DNA of 63,974 nt, filler included, from an uncultured Myxococcia bacterium (GTDB lineage Bacteria; CAZTWC01), in the NCBI GenBank assembly GCA_964617105.1. It is 3 parts of 3 records of this genome, joined end to end, with 100 filler letters (N's around TTAATTAATTAA, not from the genome) between each part and the next. Parts side by side here need not be neighbours in the genome. Positions count along the whole stretch, not along the records: positions 22,822 to 45,538 come from CAZTWC010000027.1; 2 more parts are not named here. One strand, 5' to 3'. Below are positions 27,679 through 37,460 of the stretch, piece after piece. The notes under the pieces were generated by a model that made no database searches, was not told the origin of the DNA, and saw only the letters and a program-made list of their open reading frames with translations. Made by a program: the position numbers and the translations under genes. Every line of letters starts with the position of its first letter. Position 1 is the first letter of the stretch.

Positions 27679-28286
27679 TATTCAGATAGTGAATCAAGAA
27701 AGTCCAGTATCTCCTCGGTAGGGATCACCCCTTCCCGCAAGACATCTACCAAGTTGGTGCTAACTTTTATCACTGTAGAACCCAAATCTCCGGCTGGTTT
27801 CTCTCCCTGGGTCAGCACCAAGTCCACCTGGTTTCGCAAATCATCATTCAAATCTTCCAGCCTGGTAAGGGGCGGCTGTGAGATCAAATTGGCACTGGTG
27901 GCTATAATCGGTCTGCCCAATTTTTCAACCAGCAACCTGGCCTCCTGGTGTTCGGGCACCCTGAAACCCACCATACCGTCAGAACTCTGTAGATGAGTCG
28001 GAAACGTCGGCTTTACCCGGTGAACTACGGTTAAAGGACCTGGCCAGAAAGTTTCCAGCAAAGGTGGCAAAATAGCAGGATAGAAATCGATATAGGAAAA
28101 AATCTCTTCCCGGTTAGAGAAGATTATTGGAAAGGGTTTTTGTCCACTTCTTCCCTTGATGGCCCGTATTTTGGCAACCGCTTCACGGTTAAAAGCGTCT
28201 GCCCCCAGGCCATACAGGGTGTCGGTGGGATAGAGAATGATCCCACCTTCCTGTAAAATAGCAACCGCTTCCTCAATAATCTTCAA
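27678..28286 (-). CDS. tsaC: L-threonylcarbamoyladenylate synthase (Sua5/YrdC)
   Basis: YPTDTLYGL, IKGR...KP, FWPGPLT, ATSAN, STVI, LREGVI. Confidence 0.93.
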   Translation of the reverse strand: MKIIEEAVAILQEGGIILYPTDTLYGLGADAFNREAVAKIRAIKGRSGQKPFPIIFSNREEIFSYIDFYPAILPPLLETFWPGPLTVVHRVKPTFPTHLQSSDGMVGFRVPEHQEARLLVEKLGRPIIATSANLISQPPLTRLEDLNDDLRNQVDLVLTQGEKPAGDLGSTVIKVSTNLVDVLREGVIPTEEILDFLDSLSE

Positions 28287-28308
28287 TTAGAACCCCTATC
28301 CTACTAAC

Positions 28309-28361
28309 TGGTTCCTGTCCTCCAACCCTTATGCGACCTGGTGAATTCTCGGACAGCAACT
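28309..28361. repeat. Short inverted-repeat element, family B
   Basis: GGTTCCTGTCC...GGACAGCAACT imperfect terminal IR. Positions 28341-28361 match 59621-59641 at 19 of 21 bases. Confidence 0.6.
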
Positions 28362-28362
28362 G

Positions 28363-28950
28363 CTATCCCATCAATTGCTGGTACTTTTCTCCAGAACTCT
28401 TGAGAATTTTTTTATGCAGGCTGTTACCGTGAGAGTCCATGGTTACTATAGCAGGAAAATCTTTTACCTCGATAATCCACATAGCTTCGGGAACCCCGAA
28501 CTCCTTTAATTTTAGCACATCTTTTACTTGCAATACGCTATCGGCCAGAGTTACAGCCATTCCGCCAATAGCATGCAGATAAACGGCCCCGGTTTTTTTC
28601 AGGCCCGCAGAAGTTATCTCTCCCATGCCACCTTTGCCGATCACTGCTCTTACCTGGTATTTGTCTATCACTTTTGCCTGATAAGGTTCCTCCCGGCTGC
28701 TGGTGGTAGGACCGGCTGCCACAAATCGCCATTTAGGCTCGCTTTCGGTGCCGTCATTGGCCACCACTGGGCCGCAGTGATAGATGGCGCTCTGGTCCAG
28801 TACCTGATTCAACTCTTCCGCTGGATTTTCCACCATATATTTGTGAGCCGCATCTCTGGCGGTCATAATGGTTCCGGTAAGCAGGACTTCATCGCCTACT
28901 TTCAACTTTCTTATCTCCTCCTCAGGGATTGGCACTTGTAATTTATTCAT
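28363..28950 (-). CDS. Class I fumarate hydratase/tartrate dehydratase, beta subunit
   Basis: LKVGDEVLLTG.I.TARDAAHK, IYHCGPV, AGPTTSSR, IGKGG, PEAMW, DSHGNSLH. Confidence 0.92.
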   Translation of the reverse strand: MNKLQVPIPEEEIRKLKVGDEVLLTGTIMTARDAAHKYMVENPAEELNQVLDQSAIYHCGPVVANDGTESEPKWRFVAAGPTTSSREEPYQAKVIDKYQVRAVIGKGGMGEITSAGLKKTGAVYLHAIGGMAVTLADSVLQVKDVLKLKEFGVPEAMWIIEVKDFPAIVTMDSHGNSLHKKILKSSGEKYQQLMG

Positions 28951-29818
28951 AAGTCACCTCCTGGTTCTGAAAAGTCATAACTCCCCGCCTGAATGCCCAA
29001 CAGATATAACTGACCGAAACGAAAAAACAGGCTGGGAGGCGGTGTCTTTTGCCAATTTTCACTCCCATAGTGGTGGTTTTTCCTCCAAGGCCCATGGGGC
29101 CAATACCCAAAGAGTTTAATTCTTCGTATAGCCTGCTCTCCAAAGCAGACAAATCTTTATCCGGATTGGTATCATCCAGTTTACGAAACAACTGCTCTTT
29201 TGATTCCAGAAAAGAGGTCCCCCGGTCGCCGCCAATACCCACGCCAATACATCCTGCCGGAGCGCAGCCCTGACCCTGAGCCTGGTAAACTGCATCAATT
29301 ACACATCTCCTGACCCCCTCCAGATCCCGGCCGGCCTTAAGTTCCGAATCGGGCAGCCTATACTGGGCGCCTACATTTTCACTGCCTCCACCTTTTTGCA
29401 TCAGGCGCAGCACCAGTTTGTCCTCTTCGATAGCATGAAAATGGATATAGGGAAGGCCAATGCCGATATTGTTGCCAGTATTTTCTCCACTTACCGGATC
29501 TACGGCATTGGGCCGCAAATAGTTCTTTTGGGTAGCCTGTGCAGTGGCCTTTTCGATAATCTCTTTCAGGTGCGATGGTTTGAAAGCCGGGCCGTGATCC
29601 ACGTAAAACACCAGCGCGCCGGTATCCTGGCACATCGGTTTTGATTCTTTAGTAGCGGTATCTACATTGGCTAAAATCAAACTCAAAATATTTTTTGCTG
29701 CCCCATCTTCATTGTCCCTGGCCTTTTCCAAGGCATTCCTCACATCAGTGGGTAGCGTGCTGGTGGTTCTGCGGATCAACTCCTCCACCGGCTCTACCAG
29801 TTTATCACTACAACTCAT
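28943..29818 (-). CDS. Class I fumarate hydratase/tartrate dehydratase, alpha subunit (Fe-S)
   Basis: PMCQDTG, LRPNAV, KGGGSEN, GC.P..GVGIGG, NSLGIGPMGLGG, CWA.RR. Confidence 0.92.
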   Translation of the reverse strand: MSCSDKLVEPVEELIRRTTSTLPTDVRNALEKARDNEDGAAKNILSLILANVDTATKESKPMCQDTGALVFYVDHGPAFKPSHLKEIIEKATAQATQKNYLRPNAVDPVSGENTGNNIGIGLPYIHFHAIEEDKLVLRLMQKGGGSENVGAQYRLPDSELKAGRDLEGVRRCVIDAVYQAQGQGCAPAGCIGVGIGGDRGTSFLESKEQLFRKLDDTNPDKDLSALESRLYEELNSLGIGPMGLGGKTTTMGVKIGKRHRLPACFFVSVSYICWAFRRGVMTFQNQEVTYE

Positions 29819-29859
29819 AAGTTAACCTCCTAAAAAATTAGATTATTATATATCAAAAA

Positions 29860-30849
29860 TTAAAAATCTTCATCTGCCCAGGTACGGTCCTTTTCCTCCT
29901 TTTCAAACAGAAATATGGCTTCCTGGCCCAACAGCCAGGCGATATAGACGCTACGCGCCAGAGATTGCATACGCTTATCCCTTCTTTTTCTCCACTTGAA
30001 AACATTACGCACGTTTCGATTGCCGTATCCCTTAAATCTCTTGATATTTCTACTCATCTTTAGCCCTTGCTGATCCGGCAATTCCAACCGCAATATTTTT
30101 CCCATGAAATTAATCGCCAGTTCAACAGGGAATGATTTCCCTTTAACCTTCATGTCGTGGTAATAAACCACATAACCGATTTTCATCTGCTTATTGAGTT
30201 TATCCAATTCCTGGTTATCCTGGGGCACCAGCCGTGGCTTTTTCACTTTGCCGCTACCTTTAAAAACCGTAGCCAGAGTAACCTTGACTTTCTTTTGTCC
30301 AAAACTATCTCCAATGTTACTCTCCACCCGCTGAAGACCCGAGCCGGAAATGAAATAATCTTTTATGGTGTATTCAGCCGCCTGGGGAAAATGCTCTTTA
30401 ATGCTGACCGATTTTGAATCTAAATATTCTAAAATATCCATCAAATCCATCTTGTTTAATTGGTTGTTGAGACTAAAGGCGGGCATAATCTTTGATTTTC
30501 CAAATTGCTCTCCTCCCTTTTCCAACAACCTAAGAAGGCTCTCCTGGCTATATTTGTTCATCAATCCACCGTAAGCCAAATTAGGCGGCTCGGGATTAAT
30601 ATCTTTAAAGAGCCGTTCACCGGGATTTGTGGCCCAGCCGTGACAGGCATAACATTCGGCAAAAAACAGTTTTTGTCCGCTTTTCAAGTCGCCCATAGAA
30701 TATTTGTTCAAATAAACTTTGGATTTGCTTTTTTTACGGCGCCGGCGTGCCTCTCCCTGGCTGGAAACCAGATCAAGGAATAAAATTGCCATTAGCGCCA
30801 CCATAAAAATCCTGATAAATAATCCAGTATTAAATCCTCTATTTTTCAT
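29860..30849 (-). CDS. Exported monoheme class I cytochrome c fused to an unknown C-terminal domain
   Basis: Signal peptide, G.KLF...CYACHG, PPNL, distal ligand motif MPAF. Confidence 0.75.
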   Translation of the reverse strand: MKNRGFNTGLFIRIFMVALMAILFLDLVSSQGEARRRRKKSKSKVYLNKYSMGDLKSGQKLFFAECYACHGWATNPGERLFKDINPEPPNLAYGGLMNKYSQESLLRLLEKGGEQFGKSKIMPAFSLNNQLNKMDLMDILEYLDSKSVSIKEHFPQAAEYTIKDYFISGSGLQRVESNIGDSFGQKKVKVTLATVFKGSGKVKKPRLVPQDNQELDKLNKQMKIGYVVYYHDMKVKGKSFPVELAINFMGKILRLELPDQQGLKMSRNIKRFKGYGNRNVRNVFKWRKRRDKRMQSLARSVYIAWLLGQEAIFLFEKEEKDRTWADEDF

Positions 30850-30908
30850 AATTGATTCTCCAAAAAATATCTTCAATAACTCCTACCTGTCTTACTATGG
30901 CTCACGAA

Positions 30909-31925
30909 TCACATTTGCAGATCCCAGCGGAACTTAACATGGCATCCCAGGCACTTATTTTTAAAAATTTGGCGGAATTTATGGCCTGGATTTGAACCGG
31001 ACATTACACTTTTTTCTAAATTGTTCAACTCTCTTTTAAAGGCGGTTGAAATTGCCTGGTAATCTTCTGGATCGCCGGCCCGCTGGCCCTCCGGGTATTT
31101 TTCCAAATCCGCCACCGCCTTTTTTATAACACTGATATCGTGGAGAGCAGTTTTGATATACTTTTTCTTTCCCTCCATTTTTTGATAAATTTCATACCAG
31201 TAATTGCTCGTCTTCAGCATCATCTCTCTAAGCGGAGGTAGCACTCCTGAAGTTACCAACGCAGTATCGCTGGCTCCAGCAGAGGATTCCATTGCCAGTT
31301 CACCATCATCTTCCTCTATCTCCAGCAACTCATCTTTCTTAACCTCTTTTACTTTTTTGGCACCAGTGGCAGCAGGAACAGCGACCGGAGCACCAGGATT
31401 GGCTTTACCGGTCGCCGGTCCACTGTAATCAGGGGCCGGCCAGGTATCCACATAAACCTGATATTCAAACTCAAACTTGTCCCGCCCTTTTTTACCCTTT
31501 ACTTTTAAAGTGTATTTTCCCTGGCTGGCTGGGGTAACATGAATACCATACTTGCCGGGCATATCTGTTTCCAAAGGAATACGTAAGAGCGTTTCCCCGG
31601 GACCTGAAAATCTGGCTAGCAATTTGGCCCCATTAAGCGGTTTGACATTACCGTAAATGGCGTCCGGCTCTTTAAGTTGATGGCCCACCTCCAGAATAAA
31701 TTCAATTCTCATGCCGCTTTTTGGCACTCCAGGACGCATGAGCAGGTTGCCGGCAATACGGTCGTCAACCACCTGGTAAGACCTTAACTGAACCTCTGGG
31801 ACATTGGCTGTTACCACCGGTGCGGTTTTCTTTTTTTTGTTCTTTTTGCCCCTGGCTAATATGGAGGCCGAAAAAAGAAACGAGATCAAGACAATTACCA
31901 GAATAATAGGGAATTTTTTTTTCAT
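30909..31925 (-). CDS. Exported protein with an Ig/YtkA-like domain and a C-terminal cytochrome c'-like helical domain
   Basis: Signal peptide, beta-sandwich (PGKYGIH...GKYTLKV), Pro/Ala/acidic linker, helical domain ending CLGCHVKFR. Confidence 0.65.
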   Translation of the reverse strand: MKKKFPIILVIVLISFLFSASILARGKKNKKKKTAPVVTANVPEVQLRSYQVVDDRIAGNLLMRPGVPKSGMRIEFILEVGHQLKEPDAIYGNVKPLNGAKLLARFSGPGETLLRIPLETDMPGKYGIHVTPASQGKYTLKVKGKKGRDKFEFEYQVYVDTWPAPDYSGPATGKANPGAPVAVPAATGAKKVKEVKKDELLEIEEDDGELAMESSAGASDTALVTSGVLPPLREMMLKTSNYWYEIYQKMEGKKKYIKTALHDISVIKKAVADLEKYPEGQRAGDPEDYQAISTAFKRELNNLEKSVMSGSNPGHKFRQIFKNKCLGCHVKFRWDLQM

Positions 31926-32079
31926 GGAGATTCTCCTCGCCAAATGAGTAATTGGGCTCTATTTTTCCAGGCGAAAACTATATCATTTTGCTGCATTTGT
32001 TGTCAACAACATCAACGGTTTTCGATCGGCACATCTCTACGCCACATTTTAACCCGGATTTCACCTGGTTAAAATGCCG

Positions 32080-32392
32080 GGAATTCTTTTTCGATGAGGC
32101 GGAAAATGGCCTAATCGCCTATGAAAAATATATATCCCAGCGTTATGACCTGGTTCTCATGGACCTGGGGATGCCGGTGATGAACGGTTCTACCGCTACT
32201 TTTCAAATCAGGAAATGGGAAAAGGAAAATAATTATAAATCTACGCCGATTATTGCCCTCATGGCCAAAGATGAATCAAAAAAAGAGACAGAAAAGGCCA
32301 AGGAATCTGGATGCAACACCTTTTTGGCTAAACCCATATCCAGAGAAAATTTAGTGGAAATATTTTACGATTATACCATCAACCAAGATTAG
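32080..32392 (+). pseudogene. Response-regulator receiver domain lacking its N-terminal strand
   Basis: AENG..A, YDLVLMDLGMPVMNG, PIIAL, GCNTFLAKP. No recognisable ILxVDD first strand in frame. Confidence 0.6.
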
Positions 32393-32411
32393 CCAGGCAA
32401 GAAGGGCATTT

Positions 32412-33095
32412 TCACTCCGATTCAGCAGATTCTTGGGTCAGAGATTTAGATACTTCACCCTGCCCCATATTCTCGTGACTGATCATCACAGCGGGTTTAT
32501 CCTCATCACTGGCAGAAATTGACCTTTTTTTCCTGGCCAGGGTTATTTTCAAGGAAGTGATTAGATCCTCTACTCTTTTCTGATCCAACTGGTCCCGATT
32601 TTCCTTTACTTTCTCCAAGACCGCCATTACCCTTTCGGCTAAATCGATATCCTGCCTTATCTCCAACCGTAAAGAACCGATCATCAAATTGATGCTTTCG
32701 TGGAACTCTTTCAATTCATCTTTTTGCCGCAGGGGGCGTAAATTGCCAAGGTGTCCTTTAGCCACTTTTTGACAAAATCTACTCAGCATATAAATCGGGC
32801 CGGCGATACGGTGGGTTATTATCACTCCCAGCCCGGTGATAGAGGCCACCATCAAACCGGAAAAAATGGCGATAAAGAGGAGGAAATGATTAAAGTTGAC
32901 CAGCAATTGCTCCTCTCCCATATCGGGTAAAAAATAGGCGCTGGTTATATGTTGCCGGTATAACTTGAACATACCAACCCCCATAATCATCATCAAAACA
33001 GCGGTCACCACGGCTATTATAAGTGAATATTTGAGTTGCAGGCCACGGATAACCAAAATTCTGCGACGCCTGACCTGTTTGCCGTTTTTTGTCAT
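32412..33095 (-). CDS. Small two-TM HAMP-domain protein
   Basis: RRRRILV..LQLKY, two TMs, THRIAGPIY.L, LRQKDEL, coiled-coil tail. AGGGAGG RBS upstream. Confidence 0.75.
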   Translation of the reverse strand: MTKNGKQVRRRRILVIRGLQLKYSLIIAVVTAVLMMIMGVGMFKLYRQHITSAYFLPDMGEEQLLVNFNHFLLFIAIFSGLMVASITGLGVIITHRIAGPIYMLSRFCQKVAKGHLGNLRPLRQKDELKEFHESINLMIGSLRLEIRQDIDLAERVMAVLEKVKENRDQLDQKRVEDLITSLKITLARKKRSISASDEDKPAVMISHENMGQGEVSKSLTQESAESE

Positions 33096-33249
33096 GGGTA
33101 TGTTCGATTTCCTCCCTAAAACAGAGGATAATAGAGGTAATCTGTTCAAAATGATTTTAGCAAGGTTAGCACATACAGATAATTTAGGCAAGTTGCCGCT
33201 AAACAACCAAACAACCGGTTGGTTTCGTTGATATTAAAAATGTTTAGGA

Positions 33250-33270
33250 TTGACAAATATTATTTGTCAA
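33250..33270. promoter_or_regulatory. Perfect palindrome between divergent genes, containing TTGACA on both strands
   Basis: TTGACAAATA-T-TATTTGTCAA (10-bp arms). Confidence 0.6.
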
Positions 33271-33318
33271 GATAACATTAATTTATATATCTAGTAACTT
33301 TTGCGAGGGGATAATTAG

Positions 33319-33696
33319 ATGAGCGATTCCAAAAAAGATGGTAAAGAGAGGCGTAAATGCAAAAGGCAGAGGGTTAAAGTGTTGATTACCGAGGTTAAGG
33401 GAAAAACGCATTTTACCCACACTACCGAAGATTTGAGCATCGGAGGAGTAGGAGTCGCCCCGATTAAAGGAAGCGTTGCCTGGGAAGACGCTGAGTATAT
33501 ATTTCAATTGCCAAATAAGACCGATTATATAAACCTGCGAGGCAAATTGGTCTACCATAAGGGAGAGGGAAATGGGCCCGACAAATACGGTATCGAATTT
33601 ATCGATCCGCCCCCAGATATTGAAAATAAGATAAATAACTATATCAGGCGGGAAGAGGAAGAAGAGGAAAAAAAGCCGGATAAAGACAAGAAATAA
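33319..33696 (+). CDS. PilZ-domain protein
   Basis: ERRKCKR (RxxxR), DLSIGG (DxSxxG), YGIEF. Confidence 0.85.
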   Translation: MSDSKKDGKERRKCKRQRVKVLITEVKGKTHFTHTTEDLSIGGVGVAPIKGSVAWEDAEYIFQLPNKTDYINLRGKLVYHKGEGNGPDKYGIEFIDPPPDIENKINNYIRREEEEEEKKPDKDKK

Positions 33697-33704
33697 GGTC
33701 AAAT

Positions 33705-34979
33705 TTAATAGTCAATTCCCAACTCTTTTAGTGAAAGATTACTCTGTTCTTTGGTTTCCAAGTCACGCACTGCCACCTGGCCGCCAGCCAACTCATCCGG
33801 GGCAATAAAGATAACTTTTTTTGCCCCTTTTCGATCCGCATAAGAGAATAATTTTCCCGCTTTCATAGATTTCAGGCATAGATCCACCTTTTTACCCTCT
33901 GTCCTGAATTTGGCTGCCAAAGTTGTGGCCAGGGTACTGTAGGAAGGTTGGAAATAACCAAGGCAGTAGTCAATTTGACGCCCTGGGGCGGGCATTTTTC
34001 CCAGGTGGGAAAGCAACTCCTTGATAACCACATCACCGAATCCCATTCCCACGCAACTTAGAGGTTTGCCACCCAGAGAAGATATAAGGTTGTCGTACCG
34101 ACCACCGCCAAAAAGGGCTCTAAATTGTTTTTCGCAATCAAACGCCTCGAACACAATGCCAGAGTAATAAGCCAATCCCCGGACAATGGAGATATCAAAC
34201 TGTAAGAATTCTTCTATTCCATAAAAAGCCGCCCCTTTAAAAAGTGTCTCCATCTCCTCTTTGCCGCTTATCTCTTTTTGACCGAACTCTTCATTTAAGT
34301 GTTCCATGGATTGAATGGCCAGAATTTTAAAAATCAGATCCGAATCGCTTGAAGAGATACCCTCCTTAGTTAACATCTCTTTGATAACCTCATCGCTTAT
34401 TTTCCCCCGCTTATCCAAGATTAAAAAAGCGATTTCCAATTTTTCCGGTTTAAAGCCTGAATCCAGAAGCAATCCTTCCAGCAGACGACGACTGCCCACA
34501 CAGATTTTTACTTCCTTTGGCCCCAATCCCAAACTTTTAAGCGATTCCGCCGCTGCCGCCAGTATCTCCAGTTCTGCTTCAATGCCCTGGTGCCCAATTA
34601 TATCCAGATTCCATTGAAAGTGTTCCCGCTTCCTTCCCCTGGTTGTCCTTTCATACCGGAAGCACTGGGCAATGGTAAACCATTTTGCCGGCAGTATCAT
34701 CTGCGATTGACGGGCAATGATCATCCGGGCCAGAGAGGGAGTAATCTCTGGTCGCAAAGCCAGCCGCCGCCCAGACTTGTCGTTAAAAGAGTATATTTGC
34801 TCTACCACCTCTTCACCCGCTTTACGTTTGAGCAGATCTTCATGCTCTACCAAAGGGGCGTCGTAATGTTCAAAGCCAAAAAGCCTGGCCGTCTTGTCCC
34901 AAACGGCAAAGAGATGATCCCTGAAAACTATCTCTTCCGGGTAAAAATCCCTCATTCCCCGCGGTGTTTGAAACTTCAT
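33705..34979 (-). CDS. hisS: Histidine--tRNA ligase
   Basis: PRGMRDF, LALRPEITPS, FRYER..RGR.REH.QWNLD, VRGLAYYSG.VFE, GGGRYDNL, anticodon-binding domain. Confidence 0.96.
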   Translation of the reverse strand: MKFQTPRGMRDFYPEEIVFRDHLFAVWDKTARLFGFEHYDAPLVEHEDLLKRKAGEEVVEQIYSFNDKSGRRLALRPEITPSLARMIIARQSQMILPAKWFTIAQCFRYERTTRGRKREHFQWNLDIIGHQGIEAELEILAAAAESLKSLGLGPKEVKICVGSRRLLEGLLLDSGFKPEKLEIAFLILDKRGKISDEVIKEMLTKEGISSSDSDLIFKILAIQSMEHLNEEFGQKEISGKEEMETLFKGAAFYGIEEFLQFDISIVRGLAYYSGIVFEAFDCEKQFRALFGGGRYDNLISSLGGKPLSCVGMGFGDVVIKELLSHLGKMPAPGRQIDYCLGYFQPSYSTLATTLAAKFRTEGKKVDLCLKSMKAGKLFSYADRKGAKKVIFIAPDELAGGQVAVRDLETKEQSNLSLKELGIDY

Positions 34980-35000
34980 TAGTAATCCTCCGGAAAATTT

Positions 35001-35028
35001 TTGACAATGTGGTAGCATGTAGTATAGT
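35001..35028 (+). promoter_or_regulatory. Candidate sigma70 promoter for the D-Ala-D-Ala peptidase gene
   Basis: TTGACA-N16-TATAGT. Confidence 0.5.
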
Positions 35029-35096
35029 GTAGCCAACACTACTACACAGCAGTGGTCAATCTAAATAGTGTCTATTACAGCAGATAAGGAACACAA

Positions 35097-35988
35097 ATGA
35101 AAGGTAAATTTTATCCCATATCTATTTTTCTAATCTACCTTGTGCTACAAATTTTTTCGCTTCAGGCCATGGCGGCTCGTCATAGTCGAGGCCACGGATG
35201 GAAACGGATGCCGCGGCTAAAATCACACATGGCCGTAGTGTTAGACAATGACAGTGGTCAGATTCTCTACCGGAAAAACAGCCAACTGGTAAAATCGATT
35301 GCCTCCATCNNNNNNNNNNNNNNNNNNNNNNNNNNNNNNNNNNNNNNNNNNNNNNNNNNNNNGGCGTAAAATAGTCACTATTCAAAGATGTGACCGGGAC
35401 ACCATCCGCTGGTCCCGCTCCCGTTTGAAAATTGGTCAAAAGTTTACCCGGAAACAGTTATTAAAGGCGATGTTAATTGGATCTGACAATCGGGCTGCTT
35501 TTGCCCTGGCCCGCTCCATATACGGCTCTAAGAAAGATTTTGTTTCTATGATGAATCAAAAAGCCCGAAGGTTAAATATTTATAACACCAATTTTGCCGA
35601 TCCCGCCGGACTAAGAGATGCCAACCAGAGCAATGCTCAAGAGGTTGCGATTTTGGCCCACCAGGCTTTTAAATACCCGTTAATCAGAAAAATCAGTCGA
35701 AAATCTCGTGTTTCATTGCTGCCAAAAAATTTCCGGCGTCGAGTTCAGTTGTATAATCCAAATCGACTTACCCGCAACCGTTACTGGGGAATAGAGGGAA
35801 GTAAAACCGGTTATACCAGCAATGCCGGTTACTGCCTGGTGATGGAGGTAAAAATTAAGCGACGCAACTATATTTTTGTATTTTTAAATTCTGCCGGCAA
35901 ATTTTCCCGACTGGGTGATTCACAGCGGGTAAAAGGGTGGCTGCGCAAAAACAAACGGTCGGTACTGTTAGCCCGGGCCAACTATTAA
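35097..35988 (+). CDS. Peptidase S11 D-alanyl-D-alanine endo/carboxypeptidase (PBP7-like), one gene across the gap at 35310-35362
   Basis: Signal peptide, SIASI (SxxK cut by the gap), SDN, F.DP.GL, SKTGYTSNAGYCL. Confidence 0.88.
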
Positions 35989-36050
35989 TCCCGGTGTTCA
36001 CCAATAGGTTGACCTCGGCTTACTGCCAAATCCCTAAAAAGTGGCGATTT

Positions 36051-37460
36051 TCAGGCTAGATTGTTCCACAACCGGCAGATCAACTCCGCATTTCTCAAGG
36101 AAGTTCCGGTTAAGTTCTTAATCTGTTCCCGGGTCTTATCTCCAAATCGCTGGGTTCTTTCTGGTTCCATCAACATAAGGCTAACCTCTTTTTCAAGGGC
36201 TTTCATATCAGCGGCCATAATGGCGCCACCCTGCAAAAGCAAATCTCGCTCCAGAATAAAATTATCCATGTAAGGGCCAAAAAGGATAGGCAGGCCCCAG
36301 GCGGCCGCTTCCAGAGGATTTTGACCGCCCCGTTTACAAAAACTCCCACCGATTATGGCCAATTGGGCGGCGCCGTACAGGGTGGCCAACTCTCCAATGG
36401 TGTCAATGATTATGGCCTCCCGGGGTTGGCTGGATTTTTTCTGACGCAAACCGGTTAGTAGATGGGTAATTATACCCTGGGCTGTCAATTTTTCTTTGAT
36501 TTTCCGGGCTCTTTCCGGGTACCGGGGCGCCACTAAAAAGCGCAGATGATCAAATCGCTGATGCAGCCGCCGGCAAAGGACAATGAGCCTATCCTCCTCA
36601 TCAGTATGGATAGAGCCAAACACCACCACTGTATTCTCACCACGCTGCCACCCGCTCAAGGATAAAAAATCGTTCAACTTTTGTTCATCAGCACCAGAAA
36701 CGCAATCTGCAACACTGCCACGGATAACCAGATTATCGTATTTGCTGTTGCCGGTGACTATCACCTTTTTTCGGGTAACGCCCAACTCTTGAGCCAGACT
36801 GGCGTCCATCTCGGTTCGGGACAGCACCAGGTTGGTCATCTCCAACAGGTTGCCTGTGACTTTAAAAAGAAAAGAGTAGCCCTTTAGTCGTTTAGAAGAG
36901 AGGTGGAGGTTGTTGATCACCACCGGGCATCCGCGGCGCCGTGCTTCCCAGATCATCAAGGGCCAAAGTTCAGTGTATTCCAGGATTAAAATTTGGGGTT
37001 GAAAATAATCAAACAGGTTTTTGACCGCGCCTCTCACTTCAAAAGGGGTAAAAATAGTCTGATGGGCTCCGGATAATTTCCCAGCCATGGCCAGGCCACT
37101 TCTGGTCTGGGTAGAGAAGACAAATTTGGCTGAGGGAATTTTTTTCTTCAACTCCTTCAACATTGGATATACGGCAGCTACATCACCTGCCGATGCCGCC
37201 TGCACCAGAATATTTACCGACTGGATAGCCGGCTCACTTTTTCGGCTATCTTGTGAGAGCCTAACATCTGCTGGCTGACAGAGTCTCTCTGTTTCCATTG
37301 AGGAAGATTTGTTTTTATCACAGTAAAAGCCAAACCTCTCCCGCCAGCGGCCGCGCAATTTTGGGGTAAACAAATAGAAAAGCATTATGGGAATAAGGAG
37401 CAGGTATCCTATTATAATGTATAGTTGCCGCCCCACAATTATAGGGATTCTTCTACCCAT
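36051..37460 (-). CDS. waaA: 3-deoxy-D-manno-octulosonic acid transferase
   Basis: WRERFG, AAS.GD, TELWP, TGNSKYD, GS.H.DEE, APRYPER, DTIGEL, GGQNPLEAA, FGPYMDNF. Confidence 0.93.
   Translation of the reverse strand: MGRRIPIIVGRQLYIIIGYLLLIPIMLFYLFTPKLRGRWRERFGFYCDKNKSSSMETERLCQPADVRLSQDSRKSEPAIQSVNILVQAASAGDVAAVYPMLKELKKKIPSAKFVFSTQTRSGLAMAGKLSGAHQTIFTPFEVRGAVKNLFDYFQPQILILEYTELWPLMIWEARRRGCPVVINNLHLSSKRLKGYSFLFKVTGNLLEMTNLVLSRTEMDASLAQELGVTRKKVIVTGNSKYDNLVIRGSVADCVSGADEQKLNDFLSLSGWQRGENTVVVFGSIHTDEEDRLIVLCRRLHQRFDHLRFLVAPRYPERARKIKEKLTAQGIITHLLTGLRQKKSSQPREAIIIDTIGELATLYGAAQLAIIGGSFCKRGGQNPLEAAAWGLPILFGPYMDNFILERDLLLQGGAIMAADMKALEKEVSLMLMEPERTQRFGDKTREQIKNLTGTSLRNAELICRLWNNLA

Noticed and set aside
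32412-33095. Methyl-accepting chemotaxis protein call for the HAMP proteins
   Set aside because: There is no MCP signalling hairpin motif and the cytoplasmic tail is too short.
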